The position numbers were made by a program, and so were the translations under genes. Under the pieces are notes generated by a model. It was given only the letters and a program-made list of their open reading frames with translations, was not told where the DNA came from and made no database searches. From Octopus bimaculoides (taxonomy: Eukaryota), in NCBI RefSeq assembly GCF_001194135.2, contig NC_068988.1, forward strand, positions 31,004,515 through 31,037,091: 32,577 bases of DNA. Direction: 5' to 3'. Positions 11,586 through 23,157 of this stretch are shown in pieces (position 1 is the first letter of the stretch; each line of letters begins with the position of its first letter).

Positions 11586-12965
11586 TACTCTACCAATCTA
11601 GGAATGTGGTTGTGCTGATTGCTATGTACTTTAACGATTTCATAGATCATTAATATTTACTACATTTATTGTGTATAGAATAGTGCATGTTTTAAGATCT
11701 CTTTGTATCAAATATTATATAGTACAGGAAGAGATGCGGTAGGTTGCTGGGCGAAATGCCATGAGGTATTTGGCTCTGTCTCCTTTTATCCTGAGTTCAA
11801 ATACTACCCAGGGTATAGTGCCAGTGATATGCAGTATCAACGGATTATGTTACTCAAATTTTTTGTTTTGTCCTTTTGTGTGAATTCATTGGTTCCATAA
11901 TCGTAAAAAGATTGAATTCATTAAAATTAAAAGCAAGCGGCAGCTTAAGGACCAGAACCATTTGTGTTTTAGATACGCACCCTCCGAGAAACTGAGTGAA
12001 ACTAATATGGTCGAGAAATGCAAACGAAGTCTCGAGTAGGAAGCCATTCGTGGTCGCTTGCTCTGCTAGAAATAGCAGCCAAATATCCCATTATCATTTT
12101 GGTGAAGTAACGAGATACTGGATAATGTAATCCTAGAAATAAAATGCTCCCAGGGAATAAAAATGGCTATGATTAGGTGTGCCTTCGCTCGAATAAGGCT
12201 AATCTGGGACTACACAACAATATGTACTTTTAATTCTTCCCCGAAGACAAATTTCGCAGAAACGTCAGAATTCACCTTTTCTAATTCTATACTGCAATAT
12301 GAATTTATTATTATTATTTTTTTTTTCATCAACGTTGATCACCAGAATTTCCTCCAACTCGATTTTTGCTTTTGTCACTAACGCCATGCCTACGATGGTT
12401 ATGGTTAAATGAAGGGAAATAACTCTTACAGTCACATGTAACACTGGTTCCAATGCACACTTAATATGCAAAAACAATGAAAATTTTGGGGGCTATCTTT
12501 ATTTTGCACTTCCAGAATAACTATTCAAATTTCACTACATTGTTCGGCAATATATCAAGGGTCAATAAAAAATATATTAAATGCTGGCAGAAAAATTTTC
12601 CTCTAGTTGTATGGTGTTTGTTACTAAAATAGACTGCAGGATCCAGTATTTACAATCGGAGCAAACAAATTTGACGGATCTTGTTAAATTTCTTTTAACC
12701 ACTTGAAGTGTTTTGAATTTTCACCAGATTGGAGGCTACTGACTGACAAAAATCACCTCACTTTAAATACTTGTAACCTCTATATTAATTTATGGAAAAA
12801 AAAAAACCCAAAAAACAAATGAATGCAATTTTCGTCATCAGCATGCAAAACTACATCTTAACTACATACCTTGAAAATAATCTGGTGACAATTTGAAATA
12901 CTACTAGTGCTTTGAAGAAATTTAGCAAGATCCAATTGGGGACAAACAGTATGGGTAACTTAAGG

Positions 12966-13247
12966 CAGAGTTTTAAAACTGGGCTCTGAAGAACTCCAGA
13001 GATCCTTTAAAAAAGGCGGGGACAGGTGTGATACGGTGACATTAAACAGAATATTATGAAAATATTTTTTCAAAATTGTTTTTGTTTTCATAACGAGAAT
13101 AAATTCTCTTCCAAACATAATTCTCATTTTATTTAATGCCTTATTAACGTTAGTGTCTAGGGGGTCTTTAAAAATAGAAATATGGATTACGGTTTTTGGG
13201 AGATTGTATAACAGGTTCCTTGACAAAATAAGTTTTGGGAATTGCTA
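12966..13247. mobile_element. Degenerate hAT-like MITE
   Basis: Ends resemble CAGCGGTTCCCAAAC-type TIRs; imperfect 8-bp flanks ACTTAAGG (12958) and ACCTAAGC (13248). Confidence 0.45.
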
Positions 13248-13457
13248 ACCTAAGCTATGGTGACTAAATTCTGGATATTTTATGCATCTCTTTCCCTTTT
13301 GTTTTCTCTCACCCTCCAACTTCTCCTGTGTGTGTGTGTTTCTAGAAATATATCTTCCAAAAATGATGATGTCTATTCACTTTTGAAATATCTCTGTGTA
13401 TGTGTGTATATAAAACATGCACTCATACACATAAAAACATGACAAAACTATGTTTAG

Positions 13458-13675
13458 CCTTATAACATTTAAACCAGTCATATCTGGCCACATTAGTCCA
13501 CCTGTTTTATATTCAAAAAAGCCAGATCTAGCCTTTCATACATATCCTACAATTTCATTCTAAAAATGAACAAACACATCATCAAAATCTCGAAGCTATG
13601 GGATAATGCATGATTAATTCAAACAATGTGAATAAAGAGGCATACATTTGACAGAGTAATCTGAATGCTAAAGGG
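13458..13675 (-). mobile_element. piggyBac-like (TTAA) MITE, degenerate copy
   Basis: Right end AATGCTAAAGGG|TTAA; left end TTAG|CCTTATAACATT; interior is the reverse complement of 30595-30815. Confidence 0.75.
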
Positions 13676-13769
13676 TTAAATTTATTTCCATCTATCTATC
13701 TATATTTATATATATATATATATATTGCTGAGTTTATTTAACAACTGTTTGTCTTTCTTTCTGTTGTAG

Positions 13770-14149
13770 GTTTAATATTTGACGTCCTGTTGGTATGTCT
13801 TATAAAATGGCTGGTTCAACGACAACGACCCAGTGCAAACTATATGGACATGGTTGCCGCTTCTAAAGTAGACCAGTACTCCTTTCCATCTGGTCATGCA
13901 ACACGGGCCTGCTATCTGGCAATATTCATAGCCAAACAAGTACCAGATTCAAGGAAATTGGTTGTATTTACTTACACTTGGGCTGTTTTTGTGTGCTTCT
14001 CTAGACTCCTCCTTGGACGCCACCATTTTACCGATGTTTTATGTGGCTCTATAATTGGCGTTCTTGAGTTTTATGTACTGGATATGCTTTGGATTTCACA
14101 GTCAACGTGTTCTTTTATTCTTAGCCCGCTATTAGGCGAGTTGGTGTAA
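13770..14149 (+). CDS. PLPP6: Terminal coding exon of a PAP2-family lipid phosphatase, PLPP6 (presqualene/polyisoprenoid diphosphate phosphatase)-like
   Basis: Acceptor TTTCTTTCTGTTGTAG|G (phase 1), then LIFDVLLVCLIKWLVQRQRP..VDQYSFPSGHATRA..SRLLLGRHHFTDV..ELV*. C1 Kx6RP, C2 PSGH and C3 SRx5Hx3D motifs are present; closely resembles PLPP6 (VDKYSFPSGHATRA, SRVMLGRHNVTDV). Confidence 0.92.
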
Positions 14150-14259
14150 CTTTCTTTTCTTAAAAGTTTAAATATTTGGTGGGTGTCAAAAAAAAAAAGC
14201 AAAATTGCAAACAAAACAGAGATGAACAAACAGCTAAGTTGAGATAGGGTGGGTTTAAT

Positions 14260-14265
14260 AATAAA
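14260..14265 (+). terminator. Candidate proximal poly(A) signal for the PLPP6-like gene
   Basis: AATAAA about 110 nt after the stop, followed by T-rich sequence; use not demonstrable from sequence. Confidence 0.35.
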
Positions 14266-14480
14266 TAACAATTGGCTAACTTATTTGATGAGTGGTAATT
14301 TTTTTAAATCATATTTTGAATTTTTTTTTTCGTACCTTTGAAAGATTGATTTAATATTTCACCTGTTTGCTGTAAAGATTATGTGCTACACAAGTTTTTA
14401 GTTTTCATTGGGTGATGAATTATATTCCATATGTGTTTGAGTTGTCATGTGTTTTTGTGCTTTCTGCTAATACTTTAGAG

Positions 14481-15271
14481 TGGAGGCTCTCAATATGGAT
14501 GGTAGTGCCCCCAAGGGGGCACTGGGCATGTCAAAGGGGATGTTAGGCTTTAGGTGTTGGTATAGTATCATAATTAACATACTAAATTTTACCCATTGTA
14601 GTAATTGTATTATAATGATTATTGAAATAAAAGTGCAAGATAAGTAAAGACCCTCTCGGTCATGAATGACCGTGGGGTTGCACCTAGAAAGTTCTCCTCT
14701 AAGGCATAAGTCCAGGCAAGGTTGTTTATGGAAGACCAGCAGTCACCCATGCATGTCAGTCTCCTTTCTTCATGCCACCAATGGTATCCAAGGAAAAGGC
14801 AAAGCCTGATACAGGTTGGCACCAGTGATGTCGCAACTCATTCCTACAGCTGAGTGAACTGGAGCAATGTGAAATAAAGCATCTTGCTCAAGAACACAAC
14901 ATGTAACCCGGGCCAGAAATCAAACTCACAACCTCATGATCGTAAACTCGACGCTGTAACCACTGAGCCATAAGTAGTATGCTGCTATTTGTAGTAGGCC
15001 AAGCAACTGTGAAGAATCTAGACAGTAGCTCAACTTGATATAGAAAATTTAGATAGATCTCATCAGGCACAGGAAGTCATTAACTTAGAATGTATGAAGT
15101 AAATTTACAACTTTTGTCTTTATTAATTTTTTGTCCACTGTTAATAGTTTATACAACCCATTGTTTGAGTAAAACTTATAAATTATCATCCATGTCAAGT
15201 TAGTTTAGTTGTGATACCTCACTCACCGCTTAGGTGGGTTCTACGGGAAAAAAAATGATGAAGAACCACTG
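14481..15271. mobile_element. Non-autonomous hAT (Charlie-like) element with nested SINE
   Basis: Perfect 8-bp TSD CTTTAGAG at 14473-14480 and 15272-15279; right end AAGAACCACTG, degenerate left end TGGAGGCTCTCAA. Confidence 0.8.
14647..14969 (-). mobile_element. tRNA-derived SINE nested in the hAT element
   Basis: Reverse complement of the 6729-7062 family; ATAAGTA direct repeat at 14640-14646 and 14970-14976 is a probable TSD. Confidence 0.85.
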
Positions 15272-15497
15272 CTTTAGAGTATTTGCTGAATGGGTTGTTA
15301 TATCATTGGTTGGTAATTGTGTAGAATTTGAGTTTTGAGTGGTGTATGTTGTAGTTTGGGGTTGTATGAGGTTGTGTGTTATAGTATGATGTGTCTATTA
15401 CATATGAATGTGTGTGTGTGTGTGTTGTATTATTTTATTTGGATTGTGATGTGTAAAGTATGTGCTATGTGGTTGTTATTTTATTGAATGATATTTA

Positions 15498-15631
15498 CTG
15501 TATATTAACATGTATAAGGAACCCTTTTTTGTCAAAAGTTAGGTTAAAAAAATATGGGAGTTTCTTACACGTGGATAGTATTTTAATCCCTTAAAAACCT
15601 TTTTGGGTTCCTTATACATGTTAAAATACAG
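15498..15631. mobile_element. 134-bp Tc1/mariner-superfamily (pogo-like) MITE
   Basis: 27-bp TIRs CTGTAT(A/T)TTAACATGTATAAGGAACCC with one mismatch; TA on both sides. Confidence 0.85.
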
Positions 15632-17539
15632 TATATACCATGTAAGTTGTATGTTTAGTGTATTTTCTGAGTTGTGCTATTGAATTGAAAGTGTCCTACA
15701 TAGAATATGTGCTATTCCTAACAGCATTTTTGGCTGTTTCATATGGGGTAATAACTTCTGACATAACTTTTTAATGTTTTTTTTATTGTGTTATTATTAT
15801 ACCTAATACTCCAATTATTATTTCAAGATCCTTGCACCTTGACAGTTCCTCAAATTCCTTCAGGGCAATGCTTTGGTCAAAATATTTATCAGAGATTTTC
15901 TTGCCAGAACTTGATTCTCATATCTGATTTGCATTAATCTTCGTCTGGACAGACATGCCTAATATGAATGTGGCCAGGTTGTAGTAAAGTGTCATAATTG
16001 ATACATGATTATATTACTTTTCATCTGTTTGATGATAATAATCATTCACTGGGTCTGGAAGGCACTTTCAGCTTGACAGCAACTGCAATGTTGAATTAGG
16101 CACATATACAGGGGTCTTGTGGTAAACTTTGTTTTTCTTCAGGTGTATATGATGGGTTTGAGGTGTCAGCAGACATTTTTGTAGCAGGTTTGATTTCCAT
16201 CTAGTAGCCATGCCTCCTCATTGCAGCTTTCTTTGACTGAGTTCTTTTCTTGAATCAAATATAGTCCAATGATTGTTACATGTTATCTTGAGTGTTGCCA
16301 GACACTAGCTGTGCCACAAGTTAAAAATAAATAAATTAATACCTTTGCATTCTATGATCAGCAATGGTCTGGGATGTTACTGTGGGTGTTGACAAAAGTA
16401 ACTGGCAATATTTTCTAGATCACTTTTGTTTAAAGATTATGGACAATTTTCAAAATTCCTTGGCTTAGAAAATCTACCTGGAAATAGCAGTCTTTGCCAT
16501 TTTGAGATAAGTTGCATAGGCATGACAATATAAAAGCTGGATATGTCTGGGATGTGACACAATGAAGAAACTGTTGTACATAAACATGTCCAGTGCTTAT
16601 GGATTGCCTTCCCAGTTACTTTTGCATGAAGGAAACTGAAACTAGTATGATGACTTTTTTTTTTGTTCCCAACTTCTTTTGCCAAGTCAAAGCAAACAGT
16701 TTTCTTCTATTGGCTAGAGTGGAAGATCTTGTGCAGTGGATGAAATTGAAAGGGTTGATCTCAGATTGCTTGTATGTAAACAGAACCCTTATCAAAGGTG
16801 AGAACAGAAAGAAGTAAATTTTATAAAAGATGATGAATGAAAGTTGTCTCTTTGATAAGAGCGAAAGGTTCAATAATTCAGTTTTATTTGTCAGCTGGTT
16901 CAGGGAGAATGCATTTGACTTATGTTGACACTTGTCTGGGTTTTCAGATTGTTCTTATTTGTCCAGTATAAATAACTCATATTTACAAGATGTATGTATT
17001 TGTTTTATAGTGTATATATGTTTTCTAAATTAAAAAGAAATTTGTTTTGAATGTTCAAAATTTTTTAAAAGGTTGAAAGAACAATGTTAAAACTTTTGAT
17101 CTGACTTGTTATTGTTTTTTTTTTCTGATGCCCTTGGGGCAAATACATTTTTATCACTATTATTTATAAAGAAAGGCAAGGAAATTGAATGAGTTAGTCA
17201 AGCACTAGATCTTATAATTTGTTGTATTTTGTGCTGCTTGTGTTGGTTCAGATCTTGCTAGAGCCAACACTTTGTCTTTCATCCAACTGAGTTTGATATG
17301 TACCAATAATAAACTGCTGTCTGTTTAATAAACTGCATATGTCCATTTAAGAAAAATTGGATTTGTACCTAATCAACAAGAATCAGAATGATTTGAGCTG
17401 CTCAAAGAGAAAGAGAGAGAGATAGTTTCAATCATGAAACCATTTTCACTAAATTTAGGACATTTGATGTTGGTAAAGGAATATAAAAATTACCACAACC
17501 CTTGAAGTACAAGGCTTTCAAACCAGGGTAAAAAAATTA

Positions 17540-18005
17540 GGTTCAAATTCCTCTGAGGTTGATTTTACCTGTTATCCTGAGGATTCAAATCCTGGAGTCA
17601 ATATAATAAACTGTATACTAAGTTCTGAGTTCAATTCTTGCCAAGGTCGACTTTGCTTTCATCGTTAAGGGATTGATAAAATAAAGCATCAGTCAGGTAC
17701 TGGGGTTGATGTAATTGACTAACCCCCTACTCTCAAGATAGCTGGCCTTGTGCTTAAAGTTAAAAATAATTATTTAAGGGCAGTAGATTGGCTGAATCAG
17801 TTGAACATCAGAAAAAATACTTTGTGGCTTTCATTCTGGCTCTTTATTTTCAGTTCAAATCTTGCTTCGGTCAGTTTTGTCCTTTCGAGGTTGATAAAAT
17901 AAAGTACTAGTTAAGTACTAAGGTCAATAGTATTTACTAATACCACTCCACTAAAATTGCTGGCCCTGTGCCAAAATTTGAAATTGTTGTTGTTGTTATT
18001 ATTGA
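17540..18005 (+). mobile_element. Tandem cluster of 2-3 degenerate SINE copies
   Basis: Repeated GTTCAAAT(T)C..GA(C/T)TTT..GATAAAATAAAG..CTGGCC(T/C)TGTGC cores. Confidence 0.75.
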
Positions 18006-18835
18006 GCTCCAATATGAGAAATAAATCAGGAGTGTTCAAGCCCCAGACTTGATGCATTAATATTTAGGTTCATTCACTGTTTTCAAGATCAGATCTTTTT
18101 GAAGTTGACTTTGTGTTTCATTCTTCTGATGCCAGCAGTAGTCACACACTGCAGTTGGTTCAATTGACTTTTTATTGTCTGATCTTCTATTGCAATAACG
18201 AAAGATTGATATAATAATCACAGTGAAGCAAAAGAAACTATTGGGTTTCAGTTCTAGGCTGAACCTTGGACATTTCATTTAATCAATCATGGCTTCAGGA
18301 AAGGTTCAAAGCCAAAATATTGATTAATATTCTTTTAAAGAAACTTTCTTTTTCTTGCTTGTCTCTAAGAGCCAGTTATTTCTAATTCCATCCAACTCCT
18401 CTCATTTAAAAAAAAATTTCTTTATTTCTCTTGTCGAGATTATTAAAAACTTCCCAGGAGTTTCTGGGGGGAAAAAAGTTAAGAAAAATTTGAAATATGC
18501 TTGCTGGATCATTTTGAAGAAGGAAAATATTCCTGTGTAATGAATATCTGTGATAAAGGAATGAACTTGTAAAGTTTCTATTTAAACCTGTCATCACAAT
18601 CATCATCATTATTATTACAAGAACTAGCACTATCACCACCATCATCATTAATATCATCAAAATGAACATTTGAAACTTAATATTGTAAATTATGATGATG
18701 AAGGTGATTGTTACATTCATTTTTTTAATGTAAATAATTAAATAATTTCCTTTGTGTTTTTTTTTTCCATTTGGCATCTTGGATCAATTACTAAAATGTG
18801 TATTCATGGGTCACTTGTATGAAATTCTAATTTAA

Positions 18836-19048
18836 TCCTTTAGCATTCATATTCTGTCAAAGGTAGTGCTTATTTAATCACATTGTTTTGAATAAATCAT
18901 GCATTATCTTGTAGCTTTGAGATTTTGATCATGTTACTGTGTACTTTTAGAATGACATTGTAGGGTACATGTGAGGAGCCAGGTCTGTCTGGTCTGAGCA
19001 TAAAGCAGAATGTTCTAGCTGGATATAGCCAGTTTAAATGCTAAAGGG
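18836..19048 (+). mobile_element. piggyBac-like (TTAA) MITE
   Basis: TTAA|TCCTTTAGCATT...AATGCTAAAGGG|TGAA; collinear with 30595-30815. Confidence 0.8.
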
Positions 19049-19410
19049 TGAACATTGAGGGATACTCACCACACAGTAGGTTCATCAATCTCTGGGAAAA
19101 TTGTTACTTATGACAAATGAGTTTGTTATTTTCCCATTCACAGTTACCTTACTCCTCAGAACACAGAGCTAAGTAGTAACTTGACCAACACACACACACA
19201 TACACCAAGTGAGATTGAATACTATCTCACTCGGTGAGTTATACAAAACCTTTATGTAAGGGTTTGTAATCTTGTTAACCATCTAGGCACATTCATTAAG
19301 TTTTAAGTGCTTTTGATCCAATGGTATATTGACTATTTTACCTTTTAGTATGCTAAAACAAATAAGAACTGTGTGTGTGTGTGTGTGTGTGTGTAGTATA
19401 TATATATATT

Positions 19411-19557
19411 GTATAAGCACGGGTTGCTTCGCAACCACCTGGCTTAGGGTTCATTCTCACTGTGTAGCACCTAGGGCAAGTGTCTTCTACTATAGTCCCA
19501 GGCTGACCAAAACCTTGCAAGTGGATTTGGTAAATGGAAACTGAAAGAAGCCCGTTG

Positions 19558-19590
<33 letters not shown>

Positions 19591-19825
19591 ATATGTGTGT
19601 GTGAATTTGTGTTTGTGTTTTCCCCCCACCACCACCACCATCTCTTGACAACCAAAAGTGGTGTGTTTATGTCCCTGTAACTTAATGGTTTGCAAAAGAG
19701 ACCGATAGAATAAGTACTAGGCTTTAAAAAAATTGCTGGGGTTGATTCATTTGACTAAAAATTCTTCAAGGTGGTACCCCAGTATGGCTGCAGTCTAACG
19801 ACTGAAGCAAGTATAAAATAAAGGA
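19411..19825 (+). mobile_element. SINE with internal (TA)n/(TG)n microsatellite and a CORE-like GGGCAAGTGTCTT segment
   Basis: Head remnant GGGTTCATTCTC, GGGCAAGTGTCTT, microsatellite, then a 3' half homologous to 2845-3060. Confidence 0.8.
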
Positions 19826-20814
19826 CATAAACACACATATATGTATATATATCATCATTTTAAGGTCTATTTTTCTACACTTGCATGAATCGAATCAAAG
19901 CAAATTTTCTATGGTCAAATGCCCAACCTGTTGCCAACTCTAATCTGATTCGATGCAAGGTAATATTTATCCAAGGTGAGAGCTCTCTCAAAATATCAGA
20001 AATGAATGACACTGCTTGTATGACAGTTACACTCATTTACAACTATCATTCTATGTCAAAACAAGGAAACACGAACCTGCATATTCATACTTTCACACAT
20101 ATACAAACACAATTATATACATACAGAAGTACATATATACATGCATACATAGGATGTCTACCAAATTAAGACAAGATTTTCAGGAGTGCAATGTTTCCTT
20201 AATCAGAGTATTCCTGTGTGAATGTATTTGCATATATTTTACATGTACACACACACCACTTTCTTACTATCACTACACGCATTATTATCCTTTTATCTTT
20301 CATTCTCTTCTGCCTTTGTTCTCTTCCTTTTCACTCCTTTTTCATATGTATTACTCTCAGGCACATTCTTTACTTCTCCTTTCATCATGTTGTCTCCGTC
20401 CAGTCCAACGTATAGCTACTTCTCAGTCTCTCTTCCATTACCTTTGCCTCCCTGCCACCATATTTACACTGCCTCACTCATAAATTAGACTCATATTTTC
20501 ACTCTGTCTCTTAATCACACCCTTAGTTATAGCTGCCAACAAAGCACACACACACACACACACACATGCACACACATTTGGGTGTAGAAATAGAAGAATA
20601 GGTGCTCAATACATAATGAGTTTATTCATTTGAAGTTAACAGTTCACTCCATCAGTACTCAGTTTCACACTTGTATGCAATAATTTATGCACACAAGCCC
20701 AAAACTCAGAGCAGTAACAGTGAATAATAGTGATTAATCAGCATTGAATGGATATATGTGTGTCTGTGTATACATGTTTATATAGGTATAATATACATGC
20801 ATATTTATATATGT

Positions 20815-21564
20815 ATATAAACTCCATAAGTTGTACCCAGTGTAAGCTATGGACACATAAGAGGTGCAGCAATATCAAAGGAAGGCTAACTGGGAAGATA
20901 GTTTTTGTATGTGGCAAATGCTCAGGTGCTATAAACACTGAAAATGTGCAGAGAACAGCTTATGTCACATTCCAGGGAGAAAAACTACAAGTAGTTGATA
21001 GCTTCCATTACCTAGGGGACCAAGTCAGTTGCAGGGGTGGATGCTCTGAAAGTGTGGCTGCTAGAATAAGAATAGCCTGGGCAAAATTCAGAGAGTTCCT
21101 ACCTCTGCTGGTGACAAAGGGCCTCTTGCTCAGAGTAAAAGGTAGACTATATGATGCATGTGTACGAACAGCCATGCTACATGGCGGTGAAACATGGGCC
21201 ATGACTGCTGAGGACATGCGTAAGCTTGCAAGGAATGAAGCCAGTATGCTCCGCTGGATGTGTAATGTCAGTATGCATACACGACAAAGTGTAAGTGCCT
21301 TGAGAGAAAAGTTGGACCTAAGAAGCATCACAGTGATGTGCAAGAGAGACAACTGTGCTGGTACGGTCATGTGTTGCGAATGAATGCGGACAGCTGTGTG
21401 AAAAAGTGTCACACCATAGTAGTTGAGGGAACCTGTGAAAGAGGAAGACCTGGGATGAGGTGGTGAAGCACGACCTTTGAACATTGGGCCTTACCGAGGC
21501 AAATACTAGTGACCGAGACCTTTGGAGATATGCTGTGCTTGAGAAGACCCGACAAGCCAAGTGA
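20815..21564 (+). mobile_element. 5'-truncated RTE-type LINE ORF2 C-terminus (pseudogenised)
   Basis: CTQCKLWTHKRC..FVCGKC, then VVDSFHYLGDQV..RIAWAKFRE..KGRLYDACVRTAMLHGGETW..RNEASMLRWM; frameshift near 21330 into WYGHVLRM..GRP..WRYAVLEKTRQAK* (TGA 21562-21564). Confidence 0.92.
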
Positions 21565-22170
21565 GACCATAGCCTGTTGCCTATGCCAGTGGGTGTAACT
21601 AGCCCACTTATGAGTACCCCTCATTCACTGGACAATAAACTTCGCTTGTGAAGACCTATTGAGGCAAGTGAAATCAAAATCAATGATATGGCCGATGACA
21701 GTACCACCTGATTGGTACTTGTGCCACTGGAACATTAAAAGCACATCCGAGCGTGATCATTGCCAGGGCAAAGGATTGGCTCCTGTGACAGTGGTATGTA
21801 AAAAGCACCATTTGAGCATGATTGTTACCAGCATTGCCTTACCAGCACATGTGCCAGTGACACATGACAAACAACAAACAACATTTGAGCGTGGTCGTTG
21901 CCAGTGCTGCTGGACTGGCTCCCGTGTAGGTAGCATGTAAAAAGCACCTTTTGAATATGGTCGTTGCCAGAACTGCCTGACTGGCCCTTGTGCCAGTGAC
22001 ATGTAAAAGCACCCACTACACTTTCGGAGTGGTTGGCATTAGGAAGGGCATCCAGCTGTAGAAACTTTGCCAGATCAGATTGAGCCTGGTGCAGCCTTCT
22101 GGCTCACCAGTCCTCAGTCAAACCGTCCAACCCATGCCAGCAAGGAAAGTGGACGTTAAACGATAATGAT
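21565..22170 (+). mobile_element. 3' UTR of that LINE: five ~65-bp repeat units plus terminal module and (GAT)n tail
   Basis: Units at about 21699-22015 carry TGTGCCAGTG and TAAAA(A)GCAC motifs; the terminal module at 22016-22170 is shared with other copies. Confidence 0.8.
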
Positions 22171-22211
22171 GATAATGTATATGTGAACATGTTTATATAG
22201 GTATATATATA

Positions 22212-22269
<58 letters not shown>

Positions 22270-23118
22270 TACACCGTGTACATATATTTATATATAGGTA
22301 TATGCATATTAAAATACCCATGTATATGCTGTACTTAATGTATATACACTTAATAGACTAGTTACTGTTGTGTGTATGTAAATTTAAAAATGATTGACAA
22401 CTGTCAATGGAAATGTCTTCCTATTCGAGAAGATAAATTAAAATATTTGGTTTTGCTCTTCTTTAGTGAACAACATCTAAAGGAAGATAAGAAATCTGGT
22501 TAAAATAGCCTGTTGTTCTATGACACAATTTTTATTCTTTATTGTACAAAAAGAAATAATACATATCTTAGATCCAACTAGCCATGCTAGCATAAAATAA
22601 AGGACTTTTTGATAATGGTTAATGAATATGATAATGTTGATTGTGATGAAGTGTAGTCATTCTTTATTCTTTTTTATATGGCTTTATTATTGGTGTACAT
22701 ATATGGGAATATTAAAGTGTTGATGTTTTTAGTGTTTGTTTTTCCTTGTTTTAATTTCAAAAAATTTTTTATAATTTTTGGAATAACATACAACCAGATG
22801 TATGCATGCATGTATACATACGTACACACATACATTGCACACACACACACAACCACAGCACATAGGAAAACAGCTGGTGATTTATGCAGCTATATTCAGT
22901 TTCAAAGGTGTGAAAGCATGTATCTAATTCATCGGATGCCAGCTGTATGGTGGACACCTTATAGACACAGGTTTTTGTGTCTATGGAACTTTGAGTAATA
23001 ACTATGCCAAGTCACTAACTGCCCACCTACAAATATATACTCTATGTAATGTTTTGAATGCATTTCTCTTTTGTTTGTACACATACAGTATGTGTGTGTG
23101 CATATATATGTACATATG

Positions 23119-23157
<39 letters not shown>

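Noticed and set aside
12265-12720. Several 40-70 aa frames in a CpG-retaining region, tested as the missing PLPP6 exon
   Set aside because: No frame on either strand gives the expected motifs, and all contain stops.
19070-19091. Micro-exon-like segment translating RLMNLLC+G, resembling the missing PLPP6 junction
   Set aside because: Wrong strand and downstream of the PLPP6 exon within the same gap-free contig, so it cannot be that exon.
20016-20488. Overlapping 155/88/65-aa ORFs (also 7558-7773 and 25409-25687)
   Set aside because: Pyrimidine-rich low-complexity DNA with biased L/S/F/H composition.
21699-22015. Superficially CRISPR-like regularly spaced array
   Set aside because: Whole units are homologous, with no unique spacers and no cas genes; the context is a eukaryotic LINE 3' UTR.
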